A DNA stretch of 64,000 nt, taken from the NCBI GenBank assembly GCA_963978095.1, contig CAXBQP010000001.1, positions 96,001 through 160,000 on the forward strand. The letters are read 5' to 3'. The notes under the pieces are model-generated. The model saw only the letters and a list, made by a program, of their open reading frames with translations. It was not told where the DNA came from and did no database searches. This DNA is from an uncultured bacterium (lineage in GTDB: Bacteria > Gemmatimonadota > Gemmatimonadetes > Gemmatimonadales > Gemmatimonadaceae). A program made the position numbers and the translations under genes. Shown piece after piece: positions 45,195 to 55,340 of this stretch (the stretch's first letter is position 1; every line of letters begins with the position of its first letter).

Positions 45195-46631
45195 ATGCCA
45201 AGCTCCCGCTCCAAACCCAGCGCTCCACCCGCTGATCTCGCCAGCTACGCGCCTGACTGGGCGGCGAAGCTGATCGCCGCGAGCAGCGAGGTCACGCTCG
45301 TGCTGGACGCGAACGGCGTGATCCGGAGCGTGTCGTTCGGCGGTGGAGAACCGGTCACGGACGACACGACCAGTTGGACGGGGCAGTCGTGGATCGATAC
45401 CGTGACGACCGAGACGCGCGGCAAGGTCGACCAGATGATGCGCGAGGTCCGCCAGACGGGGGCTTCGCGCCGGCGGCAGATCAACCATCGCTCGTCCAAC
45501 GGCAGTGATGTGCCGGTGGCGTACACGGCGGTCAAACTGGACGACGATCACATCATTGCCGTCGGGCGTGACCTGCGCGCGATCTCGTCGCTGCAGCAAC
45601 GCCTCGTCGACACCCAGCAGGCGATGGAGCGCGACTACTGGCGCCTGCGCCACGTGGAGACGCGGTATCGCCTGCTCTTCCAGCTTTCGACGGACGCGAT
45701 CGTGGTGGTCGACGCGGATACGATGAAGATCGTGGACGCGTCCGGTGCCGCCGGCCGACTGTTCGACATTCCGGCGGAAAAGCTGCTGGGCCGTGCCTTC
45801 CCCTACGGCATCGCGGCGGGGAGCGTGCGCGCCATGGATGACCTTGCGGCCTCGGCACGTACCACCGGCCACGCGTCGGATGTGCGGATCGAACTGGCGG
45901 ACGCTCGTGGTCGAGCCCACGTGAGTGCCAGCTGCTTCCGCCAGGAGAACATGACGCTCCTGCTCGTCCGCATCGCCCCCGAGGGAAGCACGACGTCGAA
46001 CGTGCCGGCCTCTCGCGGCCGGATCCAGGACCTCGTGGAACATGCCCCCGACTGCTTCGTCGTCACGACGACCAGCGGCGACATCGTGATGGCGAATCGC
46101 GCCTTCCTCGACTTGGCGCAGCTCGGGAGCGAAGAGCAGTGCAAGGGACGTTCGCTCAGCAACTGGGTCGGCCGGCCGGCGGCGGACATCGACCTGTTTC
46201 TCACCGTGCTGCGGGAACACGGCGTCGTGCGCTTGGCATCGTCCGCCTTGCGCGGCGAACATGGACTGATCACGGAAGTGGAGATCTCCGCGGTGGCGGA
46301 GCCGGACGGAGAGTCCCCCTGCTACGGGTTCATCCTGCGCGACGTCGGCCGCCGCCTCGCCGGCGGGCCGCGCGGGGCGCGCGACCTGACCAAGGCGGTG
46401 GAGGAGCTCACGGGCTTGGTGGGCAAGGTGTCGTTGCCGAAGCTGGTCCGTGATACCACGGACATGGTCGAGCGGCACTTCATCGACGCCGCCTTGGAGC
46501 TCACGAATGACAACAGGACGACGGCAGCTGAGGTCCTGGGGTTGTCGCGCCAGACGCTCTATGTGAAGCTGCGCCGTCATGGGATCGCGGTGAGCGGCGA
46601 CGCCGCCGACAGCACCCCCAAGGCCGGCTAA
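45195..46631 (+). CDS. ppsR: Transcriptional regulator PpsR/CrtJ
   Basis: PAS domains, GRDLR..LQQRLV..QQAMERDYW Q-linker and Fis-type HTH NRTTAAEVLGLSRQTLYVKL. Confidence 0.96.
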   Translation: MPSSRSKPSAPPADLASYAPDWAAKLIAASSEVTLVLDANGVIRSVSFGGGEPVTDDTTSWTGQSWIDTVTTETRGKVDQMMREVRQTGASRRRQINHRSSNGSDVPVAYTAVKLDDDHIIAVGRDLRAISSLQQRLVDTQQAMERDYWRLRHVETRYRLLFQLSTDAIVVVDADTMKIVDASGAAGRLFDIPAEKLLGRAFPYGIAAGSVRAMDDLAASARTTGHASDVRIELADARGRAHVSASCFRQENMTLLLVRIAPEGSTTSNVPASRGRIQDLVEHAPDCFVVTTTSGDIVMANRAFLDLAQLGSEEQCKGRSLSNWVGRPAADIDLFLTVLREHGVVRLASSALRGEHGLITEVEISAVAEPDGESPCYGFILRDVGRRLAGGPRGARDLTKAVEELTGLVGKVSLPKLVRDTTDMVERHFIDAALELTNDNRTTAAEVLGLSRQTLYVKLRRHGIAVSGDAADSTPKAG

Positions 46632-46674
46632 GACCGCCATTTCGATGGGCCGCCGGGGACCCGCGCCCGTGACA

Positions 46675-46718
46675 TGTCAACTAGGGTTGACATATAGTGG
46701 TGTAACGCCGACAATACA
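46675..46718 (+). promoter_or_regulatory. bchG promoter with two perfect PpsR boxes
   Basis: TGTCAACTAGGGTTGACA and TGTAACGCCGACAATACA, 8 bp apart, overlapping TTGACA-N17-GACAAT. Confidence 0.9.
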
Positions 46719-46722
46719 CCCT

Positions 46723-47613
46723 ATGTCTTCTCTTGCGCGGACGACCCCCGAGCCGTCGGCGCTCCTCGAGTTACTGAAGCCAGTCACGTGGTTCCCGCCG
46801 ATTTGGGCCTTCACCTGCGGCGTGATCTCCACCGGGATTCCCGTCGGGAACCACTGGCGCGCAGTGATCACGGGAGCGTTGGTCGCGGGCCCGCTGGTTT
46901 GCGGCGCAAGTCAAGCCGTCAATGACTGGTATGACCGTCACGTTGATGCCATCAATGAACCGAAGCGGCCGATCCCCTCGGGTCGAGTCCCGGGTCGCTG
47001 GGGCTTCTACGTCGCCATCGGCTGGAGCCTGCTCTCCGCCGCCGTCGCATCCACGCTCGGTGGACGCGCGCTCTTGGCCACGCTGCTCGGCCTCGCGATG
47101 GCGTGGATGTACAGCATGCCGCCCTTCCGACTGAAGGAAAACGGGTGGTGGGGAAATCTCGCCGTCGGCCTCTCGTACGAAGGGCTCGCGTGGATCACCG
47201 GCACCGCCGTCATGCTGGACTCCCTGGCCCCTGCCCCACCAACGATTTGGATGGCGGTGCTCTACAGTCTCGCGGCGCACGGCATCATGACGCTCAACGA
47301 CTTCAAAGCCATCGGCGGCGACATCCAGTGTGGGGTTCGGTCGCTCCCGGTGCAACTCGGCGTCACACGTGCAGCATGGGTGTCGAGCGGCGTGATGCTG
47401 GCCCCCCAGTTCGTGGTGGCCGGTCTGCTGGGGATGTGGGGAAAGCCCGCGGCTGCGCTCGGTATCGTGGGTCTCATCGCGGCCCAGATGATCATGATGC
47501 GCTGGTTCATCGCCAAGCCGGTCGAACGGGCGCTGTACATGAGCGCCTTCGGCGTCCCCATTGAAGTGGCCGGCATGGTGCTGTCGGCGTTTGCCATCCG
47601 GGGGGTCGCATGA
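46723..47613 (+). CDS. bchG: Bacteriochlorophyll a synthase
   Basis: ELLKPVTWFPP, NDWYDRHVDAINEP.RPIPSGR and TLNDFK motifs. Confidence 0.96.
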   Translation: MSSLARTTPEPSALLELLKPVTWFPPIWAFTCGVISTGIPVGNHWRAVITGALVAGPLVCGASQAVNDWYDRHVDAINEPKRPIPSGRVPGRWGFYVAIGWSLLSAAVASTLGGRALLATLLGLAMAWMYSMPPFRLKENGWWGNLAVGLSYEGLAWITGTAVMLDSLAPAPPTIWMAVLYSLAAHGIMTLNDFKAIGGDIQCGVRSLPVQLGVTRAAWVSSGVMLAPQFVVAGLLGMWGKPAAALGIVGLIAAQMIMMRWFIAKPVERALYMSAFGVPIEVAGMVLSAFAIRGVA

Positions 47614-48941
47614 CCGCCGCGCGCGCCCTGTCGTGGAGCGGGATCTTCCGACTGGGGCTCGTCCAGCTGGCGCTGGGCGCGGTCGTGGTGCTGATGACCT
47701 CCACGCTGAACCGGGTCATGACCGTCGAGCTGGCGCTCCCTGCGATCGTGCCCGGAGCGTTGGTCGGCTTCCACTTCCTCGTACAGGCCGTGCGCCCGTG
47801 GATGGGGCACGGTTCCGATCGCTCGGGGCGACGCGGGCCGTGGATCATCGGCGGCATGGTGGTGTTGGCGACGGGCGGGGTCGCGGCGGCCGCCGCAACG
47901 GCGTGGGTGGCGACGAATCGCGCGGCCGGGCTGACGGCTGCGGTGCTCGCGTACGCGATGATCGGTGCGGGAGTGAGTGCGGTCGGCACCCCGTTGCTCG
48001 CCATGGTCGCCGAGCGCGTCGCCCCCGCGCGGCGCGCGGCCGCGGCCGCGATTACGTGGTTGATGATGATCGTGGGATTCATTCTCACGACGGCGATCGG
48101 CGGAAACGCGCTCGATCCGTTCTCGATGCGTCGTTTGGTGGAAGTCTCGATGTGGGTCGGGGGCATCGCCGTGTTGCTGACCGTGGTCGCACTCTGGGGG
48201 ATGGAGCGGGACGCGAGCGGGCAGGCGCCGGTGGCGGTGGCGTCGCCCGATGGCGATTTCCGCCGTGCACTCGCCACGATCTGGCGTGATCCTGCCGCGC
48301 GGCGCTTTTCGTGCTTCGTGTTCGTCGCCATGCTCGCCTTCTCGGCGCAAGACCTGATTCTTGAGCCCTTCGCCGGACTGGTGTTCGGTCTGACGCCCGG
48401 AGGATCGACGCGCATTTCGTCGATGCAGAACGGCGGGATGCTCGCCGGGATGTTGACGGCCGCGCTCGTGGCACACCGATTCGGCACGTTGCGACAGTGG
48501 GCGGTTGCGGGATGCGTTGCCTCCGCCGTCGCGTTCGCCGCACTGGCGATGGTGCCGAGTGTCGGCTCGCTGTGGGTGTTCAAGAGTGTGGTATTCGGCC
48601 TCGGTGCGTCGAACGGCGTCTTTGCGGTGGGAGCGATCGGCTCGATGATGGGTGTGATCACGGAGGCGGGGGATGCGCGGACCGGGGCACGCATGGGTGT
48701 GTTCGGCGCGGCGCAGGGACTGGCCTATGGGATCGGCGGGTTCGCGGGTGCCTGGATGAGCGATCTGGCACGTGGATGGTTCGGGTCGCCGTCCAGCGGC
48801 TACGCATCGGTGTTCGCGGTCGAAGCCATGCTGTTCGCACTCTCCGGTTGGCTCGCGGCCACGAGCGCGCCCGCCGTGCGGGGCGAGACGTTGCGTTCGC
48901 GCCACGGAAGCGGTGACGCCTTGCTGGGAGCACTCCGCTGA
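47610..48941 (+). CDS. PucC/BCD family MFS transporter (bch2-like)
   Basis: RLGLVQ.ALGA, TSTLNRVM.VEL and AQDLILEPFAG motifs; follows bchG. Confidence 0.9.
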   Translation: MTAARALSWSGIFRLGLVQLALGAVVVLMTSTLNRVMTVELALPAIVPGALVGFHFLVQAVRPWMGHGSDRSGRRGPWIIGGMVVLATGGVAAAAATAWVATNRAAGLTAAVLAYAMIGAGVSAVGTPLLAMVAERVAPARRAAAAAITWLMMIVGFILTTAIGGNALDPFSMRRLVEVSMWVGGIAVLLTVVALWGMERDASGQAPVAVASPDGDFRRALATIWRDPAARRFSCFVFVAMLAFSAQDLILEPFAGLVFGLTPGGSTRISSMQNGGMLAGMLTAALVAHRFGTLRQWAVAGCVASAVAFAALAMVPSVGSLWVFKSVVFGLGASNGVFAVGAIGSMMGVITEAGDARTGARMGVFGAAQGLAYGIGGFAGAWMSDLARGWFGSPSSGYASVFAVEAMLFALSGWLAATSAPAVRGETLRSRHGSGDALLGALR

Positions 48942-50200
48942 TGGCGTCAACCGCGTTGCCCATCCTTGCCGTCTCCCCGGATCTCTCGGGTGCTGCCCCA
49001 CACCGCGACCTGTGCACCGATTGCGGCGTCTCGCGCATGTCGGCGCCACACCGTTGCGGGCAGGTGTGCCAGTTCATCAATCCCCAGCACACGCGCCTCG
49101 AACGGCAGGTGCACGGTCGTGCGCGGGACGCGCAGCGTGGGGACGAGCTGTACTTCGGGCCGTACATCGCGATGCATCGGGCCCGGCTCATCCGCCCGCT
49201 CGAGGGCGCGCAGTGGTCCGGCATCACGACGCGGATCAGCGAGCGGCTGCTGGAGACGGGGGCGGTGGACGCGGTGATCGCCACGGCGGCCGACCCGCAC
49301 GACAAATGGACACCACGGCCGGCGCTGATCACGCGTGCCGAGGAGATGCAGCAGGCCCGCGGCATGAAGATGGGGTACTCCCCCGTGCTGGCATTGCTCG
49401 AGGAGGCCAAGGCGATGGGGTACCGACGCGTGGCCTTGCACGGAGTGGCATGTCAGGTGCATGCGCTTCGGGCGCTCGAACAGGAACTTGGCTTCGACGC
49501 GCTCTACGTGATCGGCACGCCGTGCAGCGACAACACGACGACCGAGAAATTCCACGACTTCCTCGCGTTGCTCGCCGACCGCCCCCAGGACGTGACCTAT
49601 CTGGAGTTCATGCCGGATTATCACGTGGAGTTGCGCTTCGTGGACGGGGCCGTCACGCGTATTCCCTTCATTCAGCTCCCGATCGCGCAGCTGCCCAAGG
49701 ACTTCATTCCGCTGACCTGTCGTTCGTGCTTCGACTACACGAATGCCCTGTCCGACATCACCGTGGGCTACATGGGCGGCGACGGGGAGCAGTGGTTGCT
49801 GGTGCGCAACGCACGCGGTGCGGCGATGCTCGATCTGTTGCGTGGCGAAGTCGAGCTCTCGGAGCCCGGATCACGGGGCAACCGTGAGAAGCCGCTGCGG
49901 ACGTTCGTGTCGGTGCTCTCCAAGCAGGCGGGGGGGATGCCGGTGCGTCGCCCGCCGCGGTGGATCAAGCCGGTGATCGGATGGGCGCAGGCGACCTTCG
50001 GCCCGAAGGGATTGGAGTTCGCCCGCACACGCGTCGAGATGAAAGCCGCGGAGGGGATCATCAACCTTCGGGCGGAGCGTCCGCGGAGGGTACGTCGGTT
50101 GGTCCCGGATTTCGCGTGGGCGGTGGTCGCGCGATACGGGTTGGTGCGCCGTGCCGCTGAAGAGCCGTTCTTGGCTCCTACACCCGGGAGGAACGGATGA
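48941..50200 (+). CDS. bciB: Ferredoxin-dependent 8-vinyl reductase (FrhB-like)
   Basis: CTDCG...C...C, LE.QVHGR.R..DELYFG, GAQWSGI, GTPCSDN and CRSCFDYTNALSD motifs of the FrhB/BciB family. Confidence 0.8.
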   Translation: MASTALPILAVSPDLSGAAPHRDLCTDCGVSRMSAPHRCGQVCQFINPQHTRLERQVHGRARDAQRGDELYFGPYIAMHRARLIRPLEGAQWSGITTRISERLLETGAVDAVIATAADPHDKWTPRPALITRAEEMQQARGMKMGYSPVLALLEEAKAMGYRRVALHGVACQVHALRALEQELGFDALYVIGTPCSDNTTTEKFHDFLALLADRPQDVTYLEFMPDYHVELRFVDGAVTRIPFIQLPIAQLPKDFIPLTCRSCFDYTNALSDITVGYMGGDGEQWLLVRNARGAAMLDLLRGEVELSEPGSRGNREKPLRTFVSVLSKQAGGMPVRRPPRWIKPVIGWAQATFGPKGLEFARTRVEMKAAEGIINLRAERPRRVRRLVPDFAWAVVARYGLVRRAAEEPFLAPTPGRNG

Positions 50201-51390
50201 CCTCGCACATCTATGACGTGGTGGTCGTCGGGGGTGGGCCCGCGGGGGCGACGGCCGCGCACGAACTCGCGCAGCGCGGACGCTCGGTGCTGTTGCTGGA
50301 CCGCGCGTGGCGCACCAAGCCGTGCGGCGGTGCGGTGCCACCGCAGCTCCTGGAAGATTTCCAGGTACCTCAGTCGTTGTTGGTCGCACGCATCGCGTCG
50401 GCGCGCATGATCGCGCCGAGTGATCGCTCGGTGGATATCCCCGTGGGGGACGGCTTCGTCGGGATGGTGGACCGCGACGTCTTTGATGAATGGCTCCGGG
50501 CACGGGCGGCGGTGGCAGGCGCTGTTCGCGTGACGGGTGCGTTCACGGCGCTCGACCGTGACGCGGACGGCACGGTGACGGTTCGCTATACCGCGGGGCG
50601 GTCACGACAGGGTGGCGCGCGGAGCGTGCGCGCCCGTTACGTCGTCGGTGCCGACGGGGCACTCTCGCCCGTCGCGCGGGCGTGCATCCCCGCATCCAAG
50701 GATGCCCGGTTCGTGTTCGCGTATCACGAGATCGTGAAATCACCCGCACAGGATACGTCGGCGTTCGCGGCGACGCGGTGCGACGTGTACTACCAGGACC
50801 GGGTCTCTCCGGATTTCTACGCGTGGGTCTTCCCGCACGGCACGACGACGAGCATCGGGACCGGGTCGTTGCAGCAAGGGTACGGGCTGAAGCAGTCGGT
50901 CGCGGCGTTGCGGGCACGCACCGGGCTGGATCAGGTCGAGACGATCCGTCGTGAAGGGGCTCCGATTCCGCTCGAGCCGCTCAAGCGCTGGGATGACGGC
51001 CGGAATGTCGTGCTCGCAGGCGACGCCGCAGGCGTGGTGGCGCCCTCGTCGGGGGAAGGCATTTTCTACGCCATGACCGGCGGACGGCTCGCGGCGGCCG
51101 CCGTCGAGTTGGCGATCGCGACCGGCGATGCGCGCGCCCTGGCGACGGCGCGCCGCCGCTTCATGCGCGTGCATGGACACACCTTCTGGATCCTCGGCGT
51201 GATGCAGCGCTATTGGTACTCGAGCGATGTGCGTCGCGAACGATTCGTCACGATCTGCCGGGACCGCGATGTCCAGCGTCTCACCTTCGAAGCCTACATG
51301 CGGAAGCGTTTGGTCGTCGCGAAGCCGTTGTCGCACCTGAAAATCTTCGTGAAGAATCTCGCGCATCTCACGGGGCTGGTGCCCGCGTGA
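50197..51390 (+). CDS. bchP: Geranylgeranyl reductase
   Basis: VVGGGPAG, KPCGGAVPP, PDFYAWVFPH and GDAAG.V...SGEGI motifs. Confidence 0.96.
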   Translation: MTSHIYDVVVVGGGPAGATAAHELAQRGRSVLLLDRAWRTKPCGGAVPPQLLEDFQVPQSLLVARIASARMIAPSDRSVDIPVGDGFVGMVDRDVFDEWLRARAAVAGAVRVTGAFTALDRDADGTVTVRYTAGRSRQGGARSVRARYVVGADGALSPVARACIPASKDARFVFAYHEIVKSPAQDTSAFAATRCDVYYQDRVSPDFYAWVFPHGTTTSIGTGSLQQGYGLKQSVAALRARTGLDQVETIRREGAPIPLEPLKRWDDGRNVVLAGDAAGVVAPSSGEGIFYAMTGGRLAAAAVELAIATGDARALATARRRFMRVHGHTFWILGVMQRYWYSSDVRRERFVTICRDRDVQRLTFEAYMRKRLVVAKPLSHLKIFVKNLAHLTGLVPA

Positions 51391-51872
51391 TGCTTTCCCG
51401 GGCGCCGATGGCCATCAGCATCGCCAGCTACGTGTCGCTCGCGTTGGCCGGGGCATGGCTCACGGAGATCGGCCCGTGGTATCGGACATTGCGCAAGCCG
51501 TCCTGGCAGCCGCCTGACCTGGCGTTCGGACCGGTGTGGAGCAGCATCTTCGCCTTGGCCGGCTGGGCAGCCGTGCGCGGCTGGAACGCACCCGGGAGCA
51601 CGGGACAACGCCTGATGCTGGTCGCGGCATTCGTCACGAACGGCGCAGGCAACATGCTCTGGAGTTATCTGTTCTTCCGCCGTCGGCGCCCGGACTGGGC
51701 GCTGATCGAAGTCGTTCCGTTCTGGGGAACGATCGTGTGGATGATCGTGGCAGTGCGGCCCCTCGATCCTTCGGCCGTGTGGATGCTGGTTCCATATCTG
51801 TGTTGGGTCACGTTCGCCTCGGTGTTGAATACGGCGATCGTGCGTCTCAACCGGCCATTCGGGGGACAATGA
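51390..51872 (+). CDS. tspO: Tryptophan-rich sensory protein TspO/CrtK
   Basis: WYRTLRKPSWQPP..AFGPVW and LVPYLCWVTFA motifs. Confidence 0.93.
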   Translation: MLSRAPMAISIASYVSLALAGAWLTEIGPWYRTLRKPSWQPPDLAFGPVWSSIFALAGWAAVRGWNAPGSTGQRLMLVAAFVTNGAGNMLWSYLFFRRRRPDWALIEVVPFWGTIVWMIVAVRPLDPSAVWMLVPYLCWVTFASVLNTAIVRLNRPFGGQ

Positions 51873-51876
51873 TCCT

Positions 51877-53319
51877 ATGCTGATCTCGATTGCCGTTGAT
51901 TTCCGTCACGCGAACGTCGCCACACGCGAGCGTTTCCACCTCACGCCGGAGCGGATTGCCCGCATGTACGAGTGCGACGGGGATCTGGTCCGCGAGCTGG
52001 TCTGCGTGGCGACGTGCAACCGTTCCGAGGTGTATGCGTGGACGGGGTCCTCAGACCCCTCATCCCCGGTGACCTTCGATCACACCGTGACGGCGCTGGC
52101 GCGGCGGTGGATGCCGGGGCGCAACGATGCCAAGACCCTGCTCTCGGTGGCACGCCGTCAGTCGGGTCTCGATGTCGCGCGCCGGTTGATGCGGATCGCC
52201 GCCGGACTGGAGTCGCAAGTCGTGGGCGACGGCCAAATCCTGGGACAGTTGAAGGACTCCTACCGGTCAGCTGCGGATGCGGGGGCCGCCGGCTCCGTCC
52301 TGCATCGGCTGTTCGAAACGTCGCTGCGTACCGGCAAGCGGGTCCAGACGGAGACCAGTTTGACGGCGGGGCGCCGTTCGATCGGCGCCGAGGCCGCGGC
52401 CGTCGCGCATCGCCGATTCGGGAACCTCGAGCATGCGCGCGTCGTCATCATCGGCTGCGGCAAGACGGGACTCAACGTGGCGCGACAGGTGACCAAGCTC
52501 GGCGCGCGCGATGTCGTGATGGTCAACCGCACGATCGACCGCGCGCAGCAGGTGGCCGAGGAGGTTGGCGGGCGGTGGGCCGCGTGGGAAGCACTGCACG
52601 TCGAGGTGGCGATGGCCGACATCGCGATTGTCGCCACGGCGGCACTGGAACCGATTGTCCGGTACCAGGACTTGCAGCAGGCCCGGGAGAACTGCGGGAC
52701 GAGCACGTATCCGCTCATGCTGGTGGATCTCGCGATGCCGCGCAACATCGACCCCGCGCTCACCGGAGCTCCCGGGGTGACCCTCGTGGATCTCGACGCG
52801 CTGCACATTCCCGTGTTGGCCGCCGAGGAATCCCGGCGGTCGGCGGCGCCCGCCGCCGATGCGATCGTGGAGGCGGAACTGCAGAGTTTCGTGGAATGGG
52901 TGGCGGCCGCCGCGGCCCGCGATGCGATCCGCCCGCTGCGCGAGGCCCTGGAGGAGATCTGCCGTCGCGAGTTGACGTACGCGGCGGGCGAGGAGCTCGC
53001 CGGCCGGACGACGGAGCGCATCGTGGCCAAGATCCTCGCGCGACCGATGGTCAAACTGCGCACGGCGCTCGCCCATGGCGAGGCGCTGCATGCGTTCAGC
53101 TCCACGCTGGACTCGCTCTTCACGGGCCCGGTGACGGACCGCGAAGCGCGCGAAGAGGTACGTCCCGCCCCCCGCAAGCGGAAGGCCGGTCGTGCCGGAG
53201 CGCTCGCCGCGCCGAACGTATCCCACGCGTCGGAGACGACCGGCGTTGGCACCCCGTTGCATGCGCCGCCGCAACGTCCGATGGTCCACCCTGATCCCGG
53301 AATGCTCCGCACCGTATGA
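51877..53319 (+). CDS. hemA: Glutamyl-tRNA reductase
   Basis: TCNRSE catalytic motif, GLESQVVGDGQILGQ and DLAMPRNID. Confidence 0.93.
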   Translation: MLISIAVDFRHANVATRERFHLTPERIARMYECDGDLVRELVCVATCNRSEVYAWTGSSDPSSPVTFDHTVTALARRWMPGRNDAKTLLSVARRQSGLDVARRLMRIAAGLESQVVGDGQILGQLKDSYRSAADAGAAGSVLHRLFETSLRTGKRVQTETSLTAGRRSIGAEAAAVAHRRFGNLEHARVVIIGCGKTGLNVARQVTKLGARDVVMVNRTIDRAQQVAEEVGGRWAAWEALHVEVAMADIAIVATAALEPIVRYQDLQQARENCGTSTYPLMLVDLAMPRNIDPALTGAPGVTLVDLDALHIPVLAAEESRRSAAPAADAIVEAELQSFVEWVAAAAARDAIRPLREALEEICRRELTYAAGEELAGRTTERIVAKILARPMVKLRTALAHGEALHAFSSTLDSLFTGPVTDREAREEVRPAPRKRKAGRAGALAAPNVSHASETTGVGTPLHAPPQRPMVHPDPGMLRTV

Positions 53320-54380
53320 GTGATCTGTTCCTCCGCGCCTGTCGGCGCGAACCCGTCGAACGGCCCCCCGTCTGGATGATGCGCCAGGCGGGGCGGTATC
53401 TGCCGGAGTATCGCGCCGTGCGTGCGAAGTCCGACTTCTTGTCGATGTGCCGGACACCGGAACTCGCGGTGGAGGTGACGTTGCAACCCGTGGACATCCT
53501 GTCCGTGGATGCAGCGATCATTTTCAGCGACATCCTCGTGATTCCCGAGGCGATGGGCATGCACCTGATCATGGACGAGGGCAAGGGACCACAGTTCCCG
53601 TCCCCGCTCCGGAGCGCGGCCGATGTCCGGGGGCTGCACGACGTGGATCCGAACACCGATCTGCGCTATGTGATGGATGCGTTGACCCTCGCGCGGCGTG
53701 AGCTCAACGGTCGCGTGCCGCTGATCGGGTTCGCCGGCGCGCCGTGGACGCTCGCCTCCTACATGGTGGAAGGCAAAGGGACCAAGCAGTTTGCGGTCGC
53801 GAAGAAGCTCCTGTACGAAGATCCGGCGACGGCGCACCTGTTGCTCGGACGGATCGCCGTGGCCGTGGGGCACTACATGAAGGCGCAGATTGCGGCCGGG
53901 GCGCAGGCACTGCAACTGTTCGACTCGTGGGCCGGCGCGTTGGGCCCTGAGCTGTTCCGCGAGTTCGGGCTGCGGTACTTGGCGCAAGTCGCGGACATCG
54001 CGCGGACGCCCGGGGTGCCGTTCATCGTCTTCGCTCCGGGCGCGGGGTGGGCCTTCGAGGAGATCGCGCGCGCGACCAATGCCGATGTCGTGGGCGTGGA
54101 CTGGCACATGGACGCGACCGCTGCCCGTACGGCCGCGGATCGGTGCGGAGTGGCCGTGCAGGGCAATCTGGATCCGTGCGCCCTCTACGGCTCTCCGGCG
54201 TCGATCCGTGCGCGGACCCAGGCGATGCTCCGCGCGTTCGGCGGACGAGGGCATATCGCGAATCTCGGGCATGGGATTCTCCCCGACGTTCCGGTCGAAC
54301 ATGCACGCACCTTCGTGGATACCGTGCGCGAGTGGTCCAACGTGCCGGCCGTTCCGCCCGTCGGAGCCGCGGCGCGATGA
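53316..54380 (+). CDS. hemE: Uroporphyrinogen decarboxylase
   Basis: PVWMMRQAGRYLPEY, FSDIL and NLGHGI motifs. Confidence 0.97.
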   Translation: MSDLFLRACRREPVERPPVWMMRQAGRYLPEYRAVRAKSDFLSMCRTPELAVEVTLQPVDILSVDAAIIFSDILVIPEAMGMHLIMDEGKGPQFPSPLRSAADVRGLHDVDPNTDLRYVMDALTLARRELNGRVPLIGFAGAPWTLASYMVEGKGTKQFAVAKKLLYEDPATAHLLLGRIAVAVGHYMKAQIAAGAQALQLFDSWAGALGPELFREFGLRYLAQVADIARTPGVPFIVFAPGAGWAFEEIARATNADVVGVDWHMDATAARTAADRCGVAVQGNLDPCALYGSPASIRARTQAMLRAFGGRGHIANLGHGILPDVPVEHARTFVDTVREWSNVPAVPPVGAAAR

Positions 54381-55339
54381 CCGTCCCCGCGTCGGGCGCC
54401 CCCATGCGCGAGCGTGCGGGGCCGTGGATCGCGTCGATCCATGATGATCTGACCGCGCTCTTCGAACGCCTCGATGCGGGGACGCGCTTCACCGAGGACC
54501 GGTGGGACCGTGCGGGAGGGGGCGGCGGCGTCACGCGCGTGATGGTCGACGGCGCCACATTCGAGAAAGCCGGGATCAATCGTTCCGAAGTCTTCGGCGT
54601 GCTGGCTCCGGCCGCAGCCGCTCGACTTGGCGGGATCGGCGTGTCACAGGGCGAGACGCATTTCTACGCCACCGGCGTGAGCCTGGTGATTCATCCGCGC
54701 AGTCCGATGATTCCCACCGTGCACTTGAACGTGCGCTACTTCGAGCTGAGCGACGCGCACGGCCATGTCACCGATGCCTGGTTCGGCGGTGGAACCGACC
54801 TGACGCCGATGTACCCGCATCCGGAGGATCCCGCGCATTTCCATCGGGCCCTCAAGACGATCTGTGACGCGCATCATCCGACCTTCCACCCACGTTTCAA
54901 GGCGTGGTGTGACGAATACTTCACGAACAAGCACCGCGAGGGCGAGGCGCGCGGGTGCGGCGGGATATTCTTCGATCACATGCGCGCCGACACCGATGCG
55001 AGCGGCCTCGCGCTCGCGCCGCTGCAGGCCTTCGTGGATGCGGTGGGACGCTCGCTGCACACGGCGTACGCGCCGATCGTCGAGCAGCGCCGCGGCGAGC
55101 CGTGGGGAGACGCCGAACGCCAGTACCAACTGCTCCGTCGCGGCCGGTATGTGGAGTTCAATCTGCTGCACGACCGCGGTACGATTTTCGGCCTGCAGAC
55201 CGACGCACGGGTGGAAAGCGTGCTGATGAGCCTCCCGCCGCTGGCGGCGTGGGAGTATGCGCCGCACTACGAGGAGGGCTCGTTCCAAGCGCGACTCCTG
55301 ACGATGCTCCGCCCGCGCGATTGGTGCGCGGGCGCGTAG
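54377..55339 (+). CDS. hemF: O2-dependent coproporphyrinogen III oxidase
   Basis: HLNVRYF, WFGGGTDLTP and RRGRYVEFNL.HDRGT.FGL motifs. Confidence 0.96.
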   Translation: MTVPASGAPMRERAGPWIASIHDDLTALFERLDAGTRFTEDRWDRAGGGGGVTRVMVDGATFEKAGINRSEVFGVLAPAAAARLGGIGVSQGETHFYATGVSLVIHPRSPMIPTVHLNVRYFELSDAHGHVTDAWFGGGTDLTPMYPHPEDPAHFHRALKTICDAHHPTFHPRFKAWCDEYFTNKHREGEARGCGGIFFDHMRADTDASGLALAPLQAFVDAVGRSLHTAYAPIVEQRRGEPWGDAERQYQLLRRGRYVEFNLLHDRGTIFGLQTDARVESVLMSLPPLAAWEYAPHYEEGSFQARLLTMLRPRDWCAGA

Positions 55340-55340
55340 C

